A DNA stretch of 54,158 bases from Rickettsiales bacterium (lineage in GTDB: Bacteria > Pseudomonadota > Alphaproteobacteria > Rickettsiales > SXRF01): positions 1 to 54,158 of the forward strand of contig SXRF01000102.1 of the NCBI GenBank assembly GCA_005792635.1. Direction: 5' to 3'. The number at the start of each line of letters is the position of its first letter. Position 1 is the first letter of the stretch. A program made the translations under genes and the position numbers. The notes below the pieces were generated by a model. It was given only the letters and a program-made list of their open reading frames with translations, had not been told where the DNA came from and made no database searches. Positions 32,320 to 41,365 of this stretch are shown here, piece after piece.

Positions 32320-33024
32320 TCAATTCGGCAAAATTTTACCAGCACGAAAATAATCATCGGGAACACCAATATCTATGAAATTTCCTGTGAATTCAAGCCC
32401 ATAAATTTTCGCATTGCTACCCATAAGGCGTGGAAAAATATCATCTTCTAGCGAACATTTGTTGCCGATTTCTTGCACAAACTGCCTTAATACATCAGGA
32501 TTAACCAAATATGCCCCAGAGTTTATCAACCTTCCGATTTGCGCTGTGCCAGATTTTAAGGAAATAATTTTTCCATCCTCCGCTACATCCATCCCCATAT
32601 ATCGCCCAACCTCATTTGAACGAGTGAGGGCAAATGTCCAATCTGATTTTTTCTGCAAGTGAAAATCTATGAATTCTGGTAATTTTGCTTCAAAAAAAGT
32701 GTCCCCATTTAATACTAAAAATGGTGCATTACAGGTGAGTTTTTGCGTAGCCAACAAAAAGCCACCACCCGTTCCCAAAGGTATTTCCTCTATAGCATAA
32801 TCAACTGATACGCCTTTATAATTATCGCCAAAATGGTTGATGATAATATCGCGCTGATAGCCAACAGAAATTATAAACTTGGAAACTCCCTGCGCTAGCC
32901 AATAATCCATTTGATGTTCTAAAAACGGGCGATTATGAATTTTTGCCATAGGCTTCGGCACATCAGGAACAACTCCACGCAAACGCGTTCCTAGCCCTCC
33001 TGCAAGTATTATGGCTGTTGTCAT
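32320..33024 (-). CDS. hddC: Sugar-1-phosphate nucleotidyltransferase (heptose-1-P guanylyltransferase-like, HddC)
   Basis: 234 aa with an N-terminal AIILAGGLGTRLR. Its context among the gmhA, gmhB and GHMP-kinase genes supports the call. Confidence 0.7.
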   Translation of the reverse strand: MTTAIILAGGLGTRLRGVVPDVPKPMAKIHNRPFLEHQMDYWLAQGVSKFIISVGYQRDIIINHFGDNYKGVSVDYAIEEIPLGTGGGFLLATQKLTCNAPFLVLNGDTFFEAKLPEFIDFHLQKKSDWTFALTRSNEVGRYMGMDVAEDGKIISLKSGTAQIGRLINSGAYLVNPDVLRQFVQEIGNKCSLEDDIFPRLMGSNAKIYGLEFTGNFIDIGVPDDYFRAGKILPN

Positions 33025-34196
33025 TATTCCACCGAGTTCAAAATCGCACAGATTTCATCAATTTCATGTTCTTTCATATCGGGGAAATTACCGATATAAA
33101 AACCATAAAAATGAATATGTTCAACCTCTGGAAACTGTTTATAATATCCATCTGGTACAATTCCTTTTAAGTATGGTTGACGAAGTTGATTGCCACCACC
33201 TGCACTGCCACGGCGGAATTCAACGCCCTCCGCACGCATTTTTGCCATTAAACGCTCAGCAAAATCCGCATCTGGTTTTTGCAAAATAAGATTAAAAGCA
33301 TAGTTGCTAGAACCCTCCATTTTGAAATCAGTGCGATATTTTCTCGGATCAATTTTAGAAAGGAAACGAACCAGATTTTTGGTGCGGATTTCTACATTTT
33401 TATCCAAGCGTTTTAGCTGGCTGCGCCCCATGATCCCGCCGATTTCGGTATTACGCATGTTATAAGCAGCATATGCAAAAATAAAATCAGGGTTTAATTC
33501 AGGATTTTTTTGTTGATAGTCGCTACGAAGATTTTGGTCATTAGCTTCCCGAACCATGCCGTGTGAACGCAGCATCCGCACTTGCTGATAAATTTCTGGG
33601 TCATTGGTGCAAACCATTCCGCCTTCTATGGTGCTCATATGATGAGCATAGTAAAATGAAAAATTGGAAACCAAACCAAAAGAACCAACTTTCTGTCCAT
33701 TGTGAGTTGCGCCGTGTGATTCGCAAACATCTTCAATAAGTGGTATTTTGCGTTTTTCCAGCTCGCTAATTAACTCATCGGTAAGCCCATCAAAACCCTG
33801 AACATGGGTAAGGAAAACGGCACGAGTTTTGGGTGTGATTTTTTCTATAATTTGCTTCGAATTCATCGCCAGCGACTGCGGGTCAACATCCACAAACACA
33901 GGCGTAAAACCATTTTGCAACACCGATGCAATATCAGAAATCCAAGTAAGGGTTGGTACTAATACCTCCCCCCCCTCTGGATGGCGAATTTTAAGAATCG
34001 CCATAGTAAGCAAATTCGCCGATGCCCCAGAATTAACAAAAACGCTATATTTAACGCCTAGCCATTTTGACCATTCTTCCTCAAAAGCACGAACATTTGC
34101 ACCATGCGTAAGAATAGGATCATCTTGCTTCAAATGCTCAATCACAGCGTCTAAATCTTCGCGCAAAATATTGTTACGCATCAAAGGGTATTTCAT
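33024..34196 (-). CDS. DegT/AAT-fold PLP/PMP enzyme with His in place of the catalytic Lys (ColD/E1-like sugar 3-dehydratase)
   Basis: 390 aa. NFSFYYAHHMSTIEGG stands where aminotransferases have SF.x.K...GEGG. Confidence 0.65.
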   Translation of the reverse strand: MKYPLMRNNILREDLDAVIEHLKQDDPILTHGANVRAFEEEWSKWLGVKYSVFVNSGASANLLTMAILKIRHPEGGEVLVPTLTWISDIASVLQNGFTPVFVDVDPQSLAMNSKQIIEKITPKTRAVFLTHVQGFDGLTDELISELEKRKIPLIEDVCESHGATHNGQKVGSFGLVSNFSFYYAHHMSTIEGGMVCTNDPEIYQQVRMLRSHGMVREANDQNLRSDYQQKNPELNPDFIFAYAAYNMRNTEIGGIMGRSQLKRLDKNVEIRTKNLVRFLSKIDPRKYRTDFKMEGSSNYAFNLILQKPDADFAERLMAKMRAEGVEFRRGSAGGGNQLRQPYLKGIVPDGYYKQFPEVEHIHFYGFYIGNFPDMKEHEIDEICAILNSVE

Positions 34197-34210
34197 TATT
34201 TTCTCCGTAT

Positions 34211-35185
34211 TTAGTCCAAATTATTCAAAAAATCTTTTACTTGTGAAAGCACAATATTTTCGCCAATGCCAACTTGTTCGTGTAGTTCTTGGCGCGTTCC
34301 AAGCTCAAAACGATAACCGCCTTCTACTCCGATATTTAACATTTTAGGAGATAGATTATTACGAGCGATAAACTCAAAAAGCATAGAATCCATTCCGCCA
34401 CGCCCGCGAAATCCTTCTTCTAGGCTCACTATACCGCTATATTTTGCAAGTTCATTTTGTAAATCATCTGGCGCAAAACCAGCAATATCAAATAAATCTA
34501 TTACCCCAACACTTATACCTAAATCTGCCAATCTGGCAGCGGTTTTCAGCGCAGTATGCAACATATAGCCAGTAGCGATTAAACAAAGCTTATCACCAGT
34601 TTGATGAATGTGAAAACCTAGCTTTATATCTGGTGTTTTATCCTCATAAATTACTGGTAAAAGCTGGGCATCAAAGCGGAAATAGCGCAGACCATTTTCA
34701 CCAAGACAATTATCAAATAAAGAGGCTGCGGTAATATGATCAGAAGGCGAATATACCTTGAAATTTGGCAAGGCACGCATTAAAGTTATATCTTCATAGC
34801 ATTGATGAGTTGGCCCAGACACCACATAACTATAGCCAGCACCAACACCGATTAAATTAACATTCATAGGGCGAACTTCCGAAAGCAGCGCAAGGCTCAC
34901 GCGAATTTGCTCATAGCAGCGCATAGTAATAAACGGAGCAATCGCATAAGCAAAAACTTTATAGCCCTCCAGTGCAAGACCAGCAGTGATATTGATTAGG
35001 TTCTGCTCGGCAATTCCAACATTTATAAATCTATCAGGAAAATCAGCGCGAATTTTATCTAAAACAGGAGAGCCAAAATCCGCCGAAACAAAGAATATTT
35101 TTTTATCAACACTCATATTTTGCCAAATGCGTTCCAAAAACACATCGCGCATTGCCCGAGGCTTAGTTATCGTTGCTATATTCAT
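34211..35185 (-). CDS. Transketolase, C-terminal (Pyr plus C-terminal domain) subunit
   Basis: 324 aa with FFVSADFGSP...NVGIAEQNLI... It overlaps the start of the partner gene's stop by 4 nt. Confidence 0.8.
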   Translation of the reverse strand: MNIATITKPRAMRDVFLERIWQNMSVDKKIFFVSADFGSPVLDKIRADFPDRFINVGIAEQNLINITAGLALEGYKVFAYAIAPFITMRCYEQIRVSLALLSEVRPMNVNLIGVGAGYSYVVSGPTHQCYEDITLMRALPNFKVYSPSDHITAASLFDNCLGENGLRYFRFDAQLLPVIYEDKTPDIKLGFHIHQTGDKLCLIATGYMLHTALKTAARLADLGISVGVIDLFDIAGFAPDDLQNELAKYSGIVSLEEGFRGRGGMDSMLFEFIARNNLSPKMLNIGVEGGYRFELGTRQELHEQVGIGENIVLSQVKDFLNNLD

Positions 35186-36045
35186 AATTTCCCGCTTTCC
35201 GCATCCGCAAGCAAAGTATCAAGCAATTCTGGTTTTGGGTTCATAATATGCGAAAGTGGTGCATTTTCCAAATTCGGAACACCGCGCCCTTTTAATGTTT
35301 TGGCAATAAGAGCCTTAGGTCTACCATTTTTTATGGATTTCATTTTTATGAGAGCAGATTGCACCGCTACAACATCATGCCCGTCCACGCTTGCACATTC
35401 CCAGCCGAAAGCCATTAATCGCGCAGTCAAATCACCATGCGAAATAATATCGTCCGTATAGCCAAGCATACTAATTTGGTTATTATCAACTATCAGGTGT
35501 AAATTGTCCAATTTATGCTGGGCGGCAAACATAATTGCTTCCCAGTTTGCTCCTTCATGTAGCTCGCCATCACCCGTAACCACAAAAACATTTTTATCAC
35601 TGCCTTTGCGGTTTAAGCCCAGCGCCATACCTGTGCCCACACCCAATCCATGCCCGAGAGATCCATTGAGAGTTTCATATCCTGGAATAATAGGATCAGG
35701 AATTCCTCCTAAAAAACCACCTGTTTCACAAACTTTTTGTAACTCTGCTATGTCAAAAAAACCCAGATCCGCAAGAATTGGATACATAGATATTGAACCA
35801 TGCCCCTTGCTAAAAATACAGCGGTCGCGCCCTTCCCATTTTGGGTTTTTAGGGTCAAAATCAAGCACTCCACCATAATAAAGTGCCGTGTAAATCTCCA
35901 CCGCTGACAGTGAAGAAGCAAGGCGAGTTTCTGGCGAACGGCGATGAATTGCCAGCGTTTCCCTCCACACCCAGTGCGCTTTTTCTTTTAGATTGATATT
36001 AGGCACTATTTTTTCTCCGAATTTGCGATATTTTGTAAATACCAC
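35182..36045 (-). CDS. Transketolase, N-terminal (ThDP-binding) subunit
   Basis: 287 aa with SKGHGS..YP, GSLGHGLGVGTGMAL and VVTGDGELHEGANWEA. Confidence 0.8.
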   Translation of the reverse strand: MVFTKYRKFGEKIVPNINLKEKAHWVWRETLAIHRRSPETRLASSLSAVEIYTALYYGGVLDFDPKNPKWEGRDRCIFSKGHGSISMYPILADLGFFDIAELQKVCETGGFLGGIPDPIIPGYETLNGSLGHGLGVGTGMALGLNRKGSDKNVFVVTGDGELHEGANWEAIMFAAQHKLDNLHLIVDNNQISMLGYTDDIISHGDLTARLMAFGWECASVDGHDVVAVQSALIKMKSIKNGRPKALIAKTLKGRGVPNLENAPLSHIMNPKPELLDTLLADAESGKL

Positions 36046-36959
36046 TCATAAGTGCTTTTTAACCCTGTGTCAAAGTCCACCTTCGGTTTCCAGCCAAAAT
36101 TATGAATACGCGAGCTATCTAATAGCTTCCGCGGTGCGCCGTCTGGCTTGCTGGTATCGCAACCAATTTCGCCAGTAAATCCAACCACATTTGCAATTTT
36201 TTCTGCAAGTTCACGGATAGAAAAATCATCCCCCGAGCCAAGATTAAGCGGAAAATCAAGATTTGAGGTGTCCCCACCAAGCAAAGCTATACAAGCATCC
36301 GCTATATCTTCAGAATAAATAAATTCACGCCGCGGAGTACCACTTCCCCATAAAACCACTTCTTTTGCGTTTGCTTTTTTTGCGTCATCAAAACGACGGA
36401 TAAGCGCGGAAAGCACATGCCCACCCTGCGGATCAAAATTATCATTTGCACCAAAAGCACTATTAGGAATTACAGGAATAAAACGCTTTTCACCATATTG
36501 CTGATTATAAGCAAGGCACATCTGCAAACCCGCCATTTTTGAAACGGCATAAGCCATGCTGGTCGGCTCTGGATATCCAGAAAATAATGCTTCTTCTTTC
36601 ATAGGTTGCGGACATTCACGCGGATACATACATGACGACGCAAAGAAAATCAGTTTTTTAACACCCGCATTATGCGCTGCCTTCATCACATTTAACTGTA
36701 TTGCTAGGTTAGCATTAATAAAATCAGCAGGATAGGTTTTGTTTTCAATTATTCCGCCAACCTTACCAGCAGAAAGCACCACATATTCAGGGCGGTTTTT
36801 TTCAAAAAAATCAGCCGTAGCAACGGCATCGGTTAATTCTAATTCGTTATGCCGAGCAAGTAACAAATTATTAAAACCAGCTGATTTTAATTGCTTTACC
36901 ACTGCCGAACCAATTAGCCCTGTATGCCCCGCCACATATATCAAGCTATCTTTTTGCAT
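36006..36959 (-). CDS. GDP-L-fucose synthase-family (GMER/ColC-like) epimerase-reductase
   Basis: 317 aa with IYVAGHTGLIGSA, SSCMYP and YAVSKMAG. Confidence 0.8.
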   Translation of the reverse strand: MQKDSLIYVAGHTGLIGSAVVKQLKSAGFNNLLLARHNELELTDAVATADFFEKNRPEYVVLSAGKVGGIIENKTYPADFINANLAIQLNVMKAAHNAGVKKLIFFASSCMYPRECPQPMKEEALFSGYPEPTSMAYAVSKMAGLQMCLAYNQQYGEKRFIPVIPNSAFGANDNFDPQGGHVLSALIRRFDDAKKANAKEVVLWGSGTPRREFIYSEDIADACIALLGGDTSNLDFPLNLGSGDDFSIRELAEKIANVVGFTGEIGCDTSKPDGAPRKLLDSSRIHNFGWKPKVDFDTGLKSTYEWYLQNIANSEKK

Positions 36960-36976
36960 CTTCTACCTTTTTATTT

Positions 36977-37972
36977 TTATAATCCATCAGGCTGATATAG
37001 AACAACCTTGCTGCCTGAATCATCAAATTTGAAAGGAACATGTATCAGATTATTCAGTTTAGCGCGGATTGCTGCTTGTTTTTCTGGTTTAGCAAATAGC
37101 AATAAAAAACCACCACCACCAGCACCCAAAATTTTTCCGCCTATTGCCCCTGCTTGCATTGCCGTTTCATACATCTCATCAATTTCAGGGTTGGAAATCT
37201 TATCAGATAGGCTACGCTTAAACATCCAACCTTCATGCAGCAATTTACCAAAATCATCAATTGACTGATTAGAATTTTGCAAAATAGAAATAGCCTCCTC
37301 TACCATAGCACCGATAGCTTTCATCTCTTTTTCGCGAGTTTTGAAATTATCAATTTGTGATTTTGCGACCTCGGAAGCAAAACGAGAAAGCCCAGTAAAA
37401 CAAAGCATGAGATGGCTAGACAGCTCATTTTGCCTGTTTGTTGAGATTATAAGTGGTGATACATCAAAACTATCATTACGATGAAAATCAATACGGTTAA
37501 ACCCACCATACACTGCCGAAATTTGATCCTGTGAACCAACATTTTCAGCGAGTATATTTTGCTCCATATTTATTGCTTCTTTGGCAAGTGCCTCTTTGCT
37601 TACCATCCGACCATTTAACGCGTGAATCGCATGAATAAGCCCAGCGGTAAAAGATGAGCTGGAGCCAAGCCCAGAGCGAGCTGGCAAATCTCCATCATGA
37701 TGAATTTCCAAGCCATCCGTAACTTTTGCCCAATTCAAAACACCCCGCACAGCAGGATGCTGTATTTCATCAATTTTATTAACATTTTCAATTTTAGAAT
37801 AAACAATACGATGCTTATGTTCAAAAAATTGTGGCAAACGACGACAAGTTATATAGCAGTATTTATCAATAGATGTAGCAATCACCGCCCCACCATGCTC
37901 ACGATACCAAGTTGGATAGTCCGTGCCACCGCCAAAAAACGAGATACGAAATGGAGTGCGTGTAATAATCAT
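36977..37972 (-). CDS. hddA: GHMP-family sugar kinase (heptose-7-phosphate kinase-like, HddA/WcbL-like)
   Basis: 331 aa with TRTPFRISFFGGGTDYP and PARSGLGSSSSF. Confidence 0.7.
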   Translation of the reverse strand: MIITRTPFRISFFGGGTDYPTWYREHGGAVIATSIDKYCYITCRRLPQFFEHKHRIVYSKIENVNKIDEIQHPAVRGVLNWAKVTDGLEIHHDGDLPARSGLGSSSSFTAGLIHAIHALNGRMVSKEALAKEAINMEQNILAENVGSQDQISAVYGGFNRIDFHRNDSFDVSPLIISTNRQNELSSHLMLCFTGLSRFASEVAKSQIDNFKTREKEMKAIGAMVEEAISILQNSNQSIDDFGKLLHEGWMFKRSLSDKISNPEIDEMYETAMQAGAIGGKILGAGGGGFLLLFAKPEKQAAIRAKLNNLIHVPFKFDDSGSKVVLYQPDGL

Positions 37973-39222
37973 TAGTATTTCACTTTCATACCGATTATGT
38001 TCTTAACCCTCTTCAGTTTTACATATAATTCTGGCTTTTCAAGCAAAGCAAACACCACCCCTTTTACTGCAAAAAAATATGCCATAGAGAGGCTAATTTT
38101 ACGATATTTTATAATAACACCGAACTCTTCCAACATAAGAGAAAAACGCCCAGTTATTATATGGCGAGCTATATAGAAAAACCTTGAAGAAACATAGCTA
38201 CGCATAAAAATATCGTCAATATATAATGGGAAGTTTTGTTTGGCTGGCAAAGTTTTTAATTTATCAAATATAATTTTGAAGCCAGCCTTTACTTCATATT
38301 GTTTTAACGCCCTTTGGTAAGACTTTGCTTCCATTGCCATTCGTTTTTCATCATTTGCCAAATAAAATCTGATTTTTTCTAACATTTCTTCCTTGCTATG
38401 AAATACATCAAACTCTTCACCAATTTTGAACATTTCTTCAATTCCAGCTGCATATTGAGATAATATGAAACCACCACAAAGAGCTATTTCCAAAGGACGA
38501 CCTTTAGATTGACGAATGCGCTGGTTTATAGTTGGAAGTGGCACTATATAGTTTTCGCTGGTTGCAAGAGTTGTAAAATTCAGATTGATTTTGCTGCGAT
38601 TAAAAATAGAAACCATTTCTTCAAAACTGGCAAAACCATTATCCGAACCAGTTCCGTAAGTTTGGATGTTTATACCATTTTCTTTCAGATAATTTACATA
38701 TTCTGCGCGATCGGCATTTTTAAGATTGCCTATAAAAGAAACATCAATATCTTTATTTTCCAAATTGTTGTTTGTATAATATCCACCATCATATAATGCA
38801 AAACTGGTATGAGCATTTATATTGAGATGCTCATAACGATAACGAGCTAAACTATCTGGTAAAATTACCAAATCAGCAATTTGAGCATAATATCTATCTA
38901 CAGCTTCAAAATAATACTCTGTATCAAAAAAATTCATGACCAAAGCTGTTTTTTTAGATAAACGCTCAAGAAAATATATATCAAATGTTAAATCACACGA
39001 CCACCATATGAAAAATATCGCGTCTATTTTATGTTCAGAAACATAATTTTCTATATGACGCTCAAAACCTCGCTTACCTTTTTCCAGATATAGTTTTGTA
39101 TAGTCAATATAGGAATAATTCTCGCAATTAGCTTTTATACCATTGCAATAATCCTCAAAAACCCTATTTATTTCTGCGTTATAGCTGGAGAAAACAAGTA
39201 TATTGGAAAAATTATTTTTCAC
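37972..39222 (-). CDS. CgeB-like glycosyltransferase-domain protein
   Basis: 416 aa. The C-terminal GRPLEIALCGGFILSQ...FDVFHSKEEMLEKIRFYL pattern resembles the CgeB/Glyco_trans_1_2 family. This is recollection only. Confidence 0.5.
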   Translation of the reverse strand: MKNNFSNILVFSSYNAEINRVFEDYCNGIKANCENYSYIDYTKLYLEKGKRGFERHIENYVSEHKIDAIFFIWWSCDLTFDIYFLERLSKKTALVMNFFDTEYYFEAVDRYYAQIADLVILPDSLARYRYEHLNINAHTSFALYDGGYYTNNNLENKDIDVSFIGNLKNADRAEYVNYLKENGINIQTYGTGSDNGFASFEEMVSIFNRSKINLNFTTLATSENYIVPLPTINQRIRQSKGRPLEIALCGGFILSQYAAGIEEMFKIGEEFDVFHSKEEMLEKIRFYLANDEKRMAMEAKSYQRALKQYEVKAGFKIIFDKLKTLPAKQNFPLYIDDIFMRSYVSSRFFYIARHIITGRFSLMLEEFGVIIKYRKISLSMAYFFAVKGVVFALLEKPELYVKLKRVKNIIGMKVKY

Positions 39223-40574
39223 TTGGTTACCATATTTTCTTTTGTGGTAACAAACGCAGGAAGCAAAGGTACCCAGAAATATCTAAGATACGCATGCGGC
39301 AAGAATAAACCGAACAATGCAAGTGATAAAACAGCCGTTCCAATTGCAACGGCTTCTGCAGGGTGCGTTTTTGCTAAGTTAACGCAATTTCTTAATAATA
39401 ACAAAAGATACCACCCGAATGTTGCAGCAAGTATAAATCCTCCTTCTGCCCATAATAATAAATATAGCAAATGAACATCTAAGCCATTACCTCCAAAATT
39501 AAATTCTGGAAGAGAAGATGTTTGCCTTAAGCCATGCCCATAAAACAATCCGCCACTTCGCTCTTTTATTTTATCTAGAGCACGATAATTCAATTCCATC
39601 CTCGTATTAACAGTTTGCTCTAAAACTGTTGGTTCTAACGCTGCTGGTTTTAATGTTGCTGGTTTTAACCTTGCTGGCTCTAACGCTGCTGGTATTATTC
39701 TCTCTAGAATTTTTCCAACCACATATGGTGCGTAATATGAAAGAGCAACATACGAACAAGCAAACATAAAAAAAATCAATAACGATTGTTGTAATATTTT
39801 TTTCATATGCGCCCGCAACGGATGTTTTTTCCACATGGCAAGCAGCACAAAATTAGCAATTGCAATCACGACAAGAGCGATAAAACCACTAAAAGACCCA
39901 GACAAGAAAAGACAATCCAGAACTGCTATCAAACCGATATAACCAACTTTTTGCCAAAATCCTTTTTCGGTAGCGATTAAATAAATATAAAATGGAAGCG
40001 TAATAAGCAATACCTCAGCAAGAGAATTAGCATTTCCATAAGTACCCATCGCGCGATTAGCAGAAAAAAACATTTCGCGTAAATTTGGAAAAGCTGCCTC
40101 TGGAGCAAGCAAAATATTAATTATCATTGGTGGAATATAACCAAGCGCGATGTAACGAATTGCTGTTTTTACATTACTAGAAGAAATAAAAAATGCTACA
40201 AGAAGCGGGAAGGCAATAAATATGAAGCTATATTGCATAGCTCCACTAATTAGAGTACGCCAATTAACATGATCATTTGCAGCAAACATTGGCGCAGTTA
40301 TTCCTGACAGCAAACATAAAGCTGTGAACATACTGCCAATTATCAGCATATTGCGAAGATGTTTGTTAAAATCAAACGAAAATCTTTTCGTAAAAAAATT
40401 ATACGCAACCACAAAAATTGAGGTGAGCAAGAAAAAATCAACCAAAGAAAAACTGCTTCCCTTTGAAAAGTCAAATCCACTTTGTCTAATATAAAAATAT
40501 GGAGCTGTTAGAAAAACAAGCAGCATGGCGATGTGAACTGGTTGTTTGTTTAACTTCCGAAAGTTATCTAACAT
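39219..40574 (-). CDS. Wzy_C/O-antigen-ligase-family polytopic membrane protein (polymerase candidate)
   Basis: 451 aa with about 10-12 TM segments. A large loop contains the PA.L(E/K) pentapeptide repeats. Confidence 0.65.
   Translation of the reverse strand: MLDNFRKLNKQPVHIAMLLVFLTAPYFYIRQSGFDFSKGSSFSLVDFFLLTSIFVVAYNFFTKRFSFDFNKHLRNMLIIGSMFTALCLLSGITAPMFAANDHVNWRTLISGAMQYSFIFIAFPLLVAFFISSSNVKTAIRYIALGYIPPMIINILLAPEAAFPNLREMFFSANRAMGTYGNANSLAEVLLITLPFYIYLIATEKGFWQKVGYIGLIAVLDCLFLSGSFSGFIALVVIAIANFVLLAMWKKHPLRAHMKKILQQSLLIFFMFACSYVALSYYAPYVVGKILERIIPAALEPARLKPATLKPAALEPTVLEQTVNTRMELNYRALDKIKERSGGLFYGHGLRQTSSLPEFNFGGNGLDVHLLYLLLWAEGGFILAATFGWYLLLLLRNCVNLAKTHPAEAVAIGTAVLSLALFGLFLPHAYLRYFWVPLLPAFVTTKENMVTK
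39618..39692 (-). repeat. Five in-frame 15-bp tandem repeats inside the Wzy-like gene
   Basis: CCAGCAGCGTTAGAG / CCAGCAAGGTTAAAA / CCAGCAACATTAAAA / CCAGCAGCGTTAGAA / CCAACAGTTTTAGAG, encoding PAALE PARLK PATLK PAALE PTVLE. Confidence 0.8.
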
Positions 40575-40594
40575 TACATGCCCTATTTTTTAAA

Positions 40595-41365
40595 TTATTT
40601 TGCCGCTGATATAACAGTATCTTTCAATTCTTTCAAGTAGGGAATTTTTCTGAGAAAAGCACGAACATAATCACAAAAAGTTACAGGAACTTCACAATTG
40701 ATTTGCCACCAAATTCTTTTTTTGCCACCACCTAATTTATCATGCCATCTATCAAAAAATGTTTCTGTATCATGCTCAAAACAGGAATTTAGATTGCTTG
40801 ATTTAACTTCATCGTTAATCTGCCCTATTTTTATTTTTGCATTATTACAAATTTTCACTTGCCCACCTTTTTCCCAAACCCGCAAACAAAAATCAGGATC
40901 TCCCCAATAATTTTTATAAACTAAATCAAAAACTCCACCCACAGCTTCTATAGTTTTTTTGGAAGCGCACAGCCAGCCAACATATAATTTACCATAAACT
41001 TGCCATTGTCCAAATCCTTCTCCACGAGGAGATTCCTTTTCAAACCCAGCAACGAATGGAATTTCTGAATTTTGTGATTTCACAAATTCTAAAATGTTTT
41101 GCAGACAATTATCACACGGGCTGGCATCGTCCGACCAAGGAATTATATAAGCACCCCGTACGACTTTATAAGCCTCGTTCATAGCAAAAAGAACACCTTT
41201 TTTCTCTGTCTCTAAAAGATGCACAACTTTTTTACCTGTCACCACAAACGGAGATACGATTATAAGTTCATAATCAACATCAGGATTTGTGACTGCAAAT
41301 TCAGCAATACGCTTTTCAACTTCTAATGGGCGCAAACTCGGCAATAATATACTTAATTCTGGCAT
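40595..41365 (-). CDS. Glycosyltransferase, GT2-like
   Basis: 256 aa with an N-terminal [10 protein letters not shown]... and an IIVSP-type GT-A pattern. This is a moderate match made by eye. Confidence 0.6.
   Translation of the reverse strand: MPELSILLPSLRPLEVEKRIAEFAVTNPDVDYELIIVSPFVVTGKKVVHLLETEKKGVLFAMNEAYKVVRGAYIIPWSDDASPCDNCLQNILEFVKSQNSEIPFVAGFEKESPRGEGFGQWQVYGKLYVGWLCASKKTIEAVGGVFDLVYKNYWGDPDFCLRVWEKGGQVKICNNAKIKIGQINDEVKSSNLNSCFEHDTETFFDRWHDKLGGGKKRIWWQINCEVPVTFCDYVRAFLRKIPYLKELKDTVISAAK

Noticed and set aside
39618-39692. Short tandem repeats considered as a possible CRISPR-like array.
   Set aside because: The units are contiguous 15-mers without spacers, are in frame and lie inside a membrane-protein gene. 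No cas genes are present in the window.
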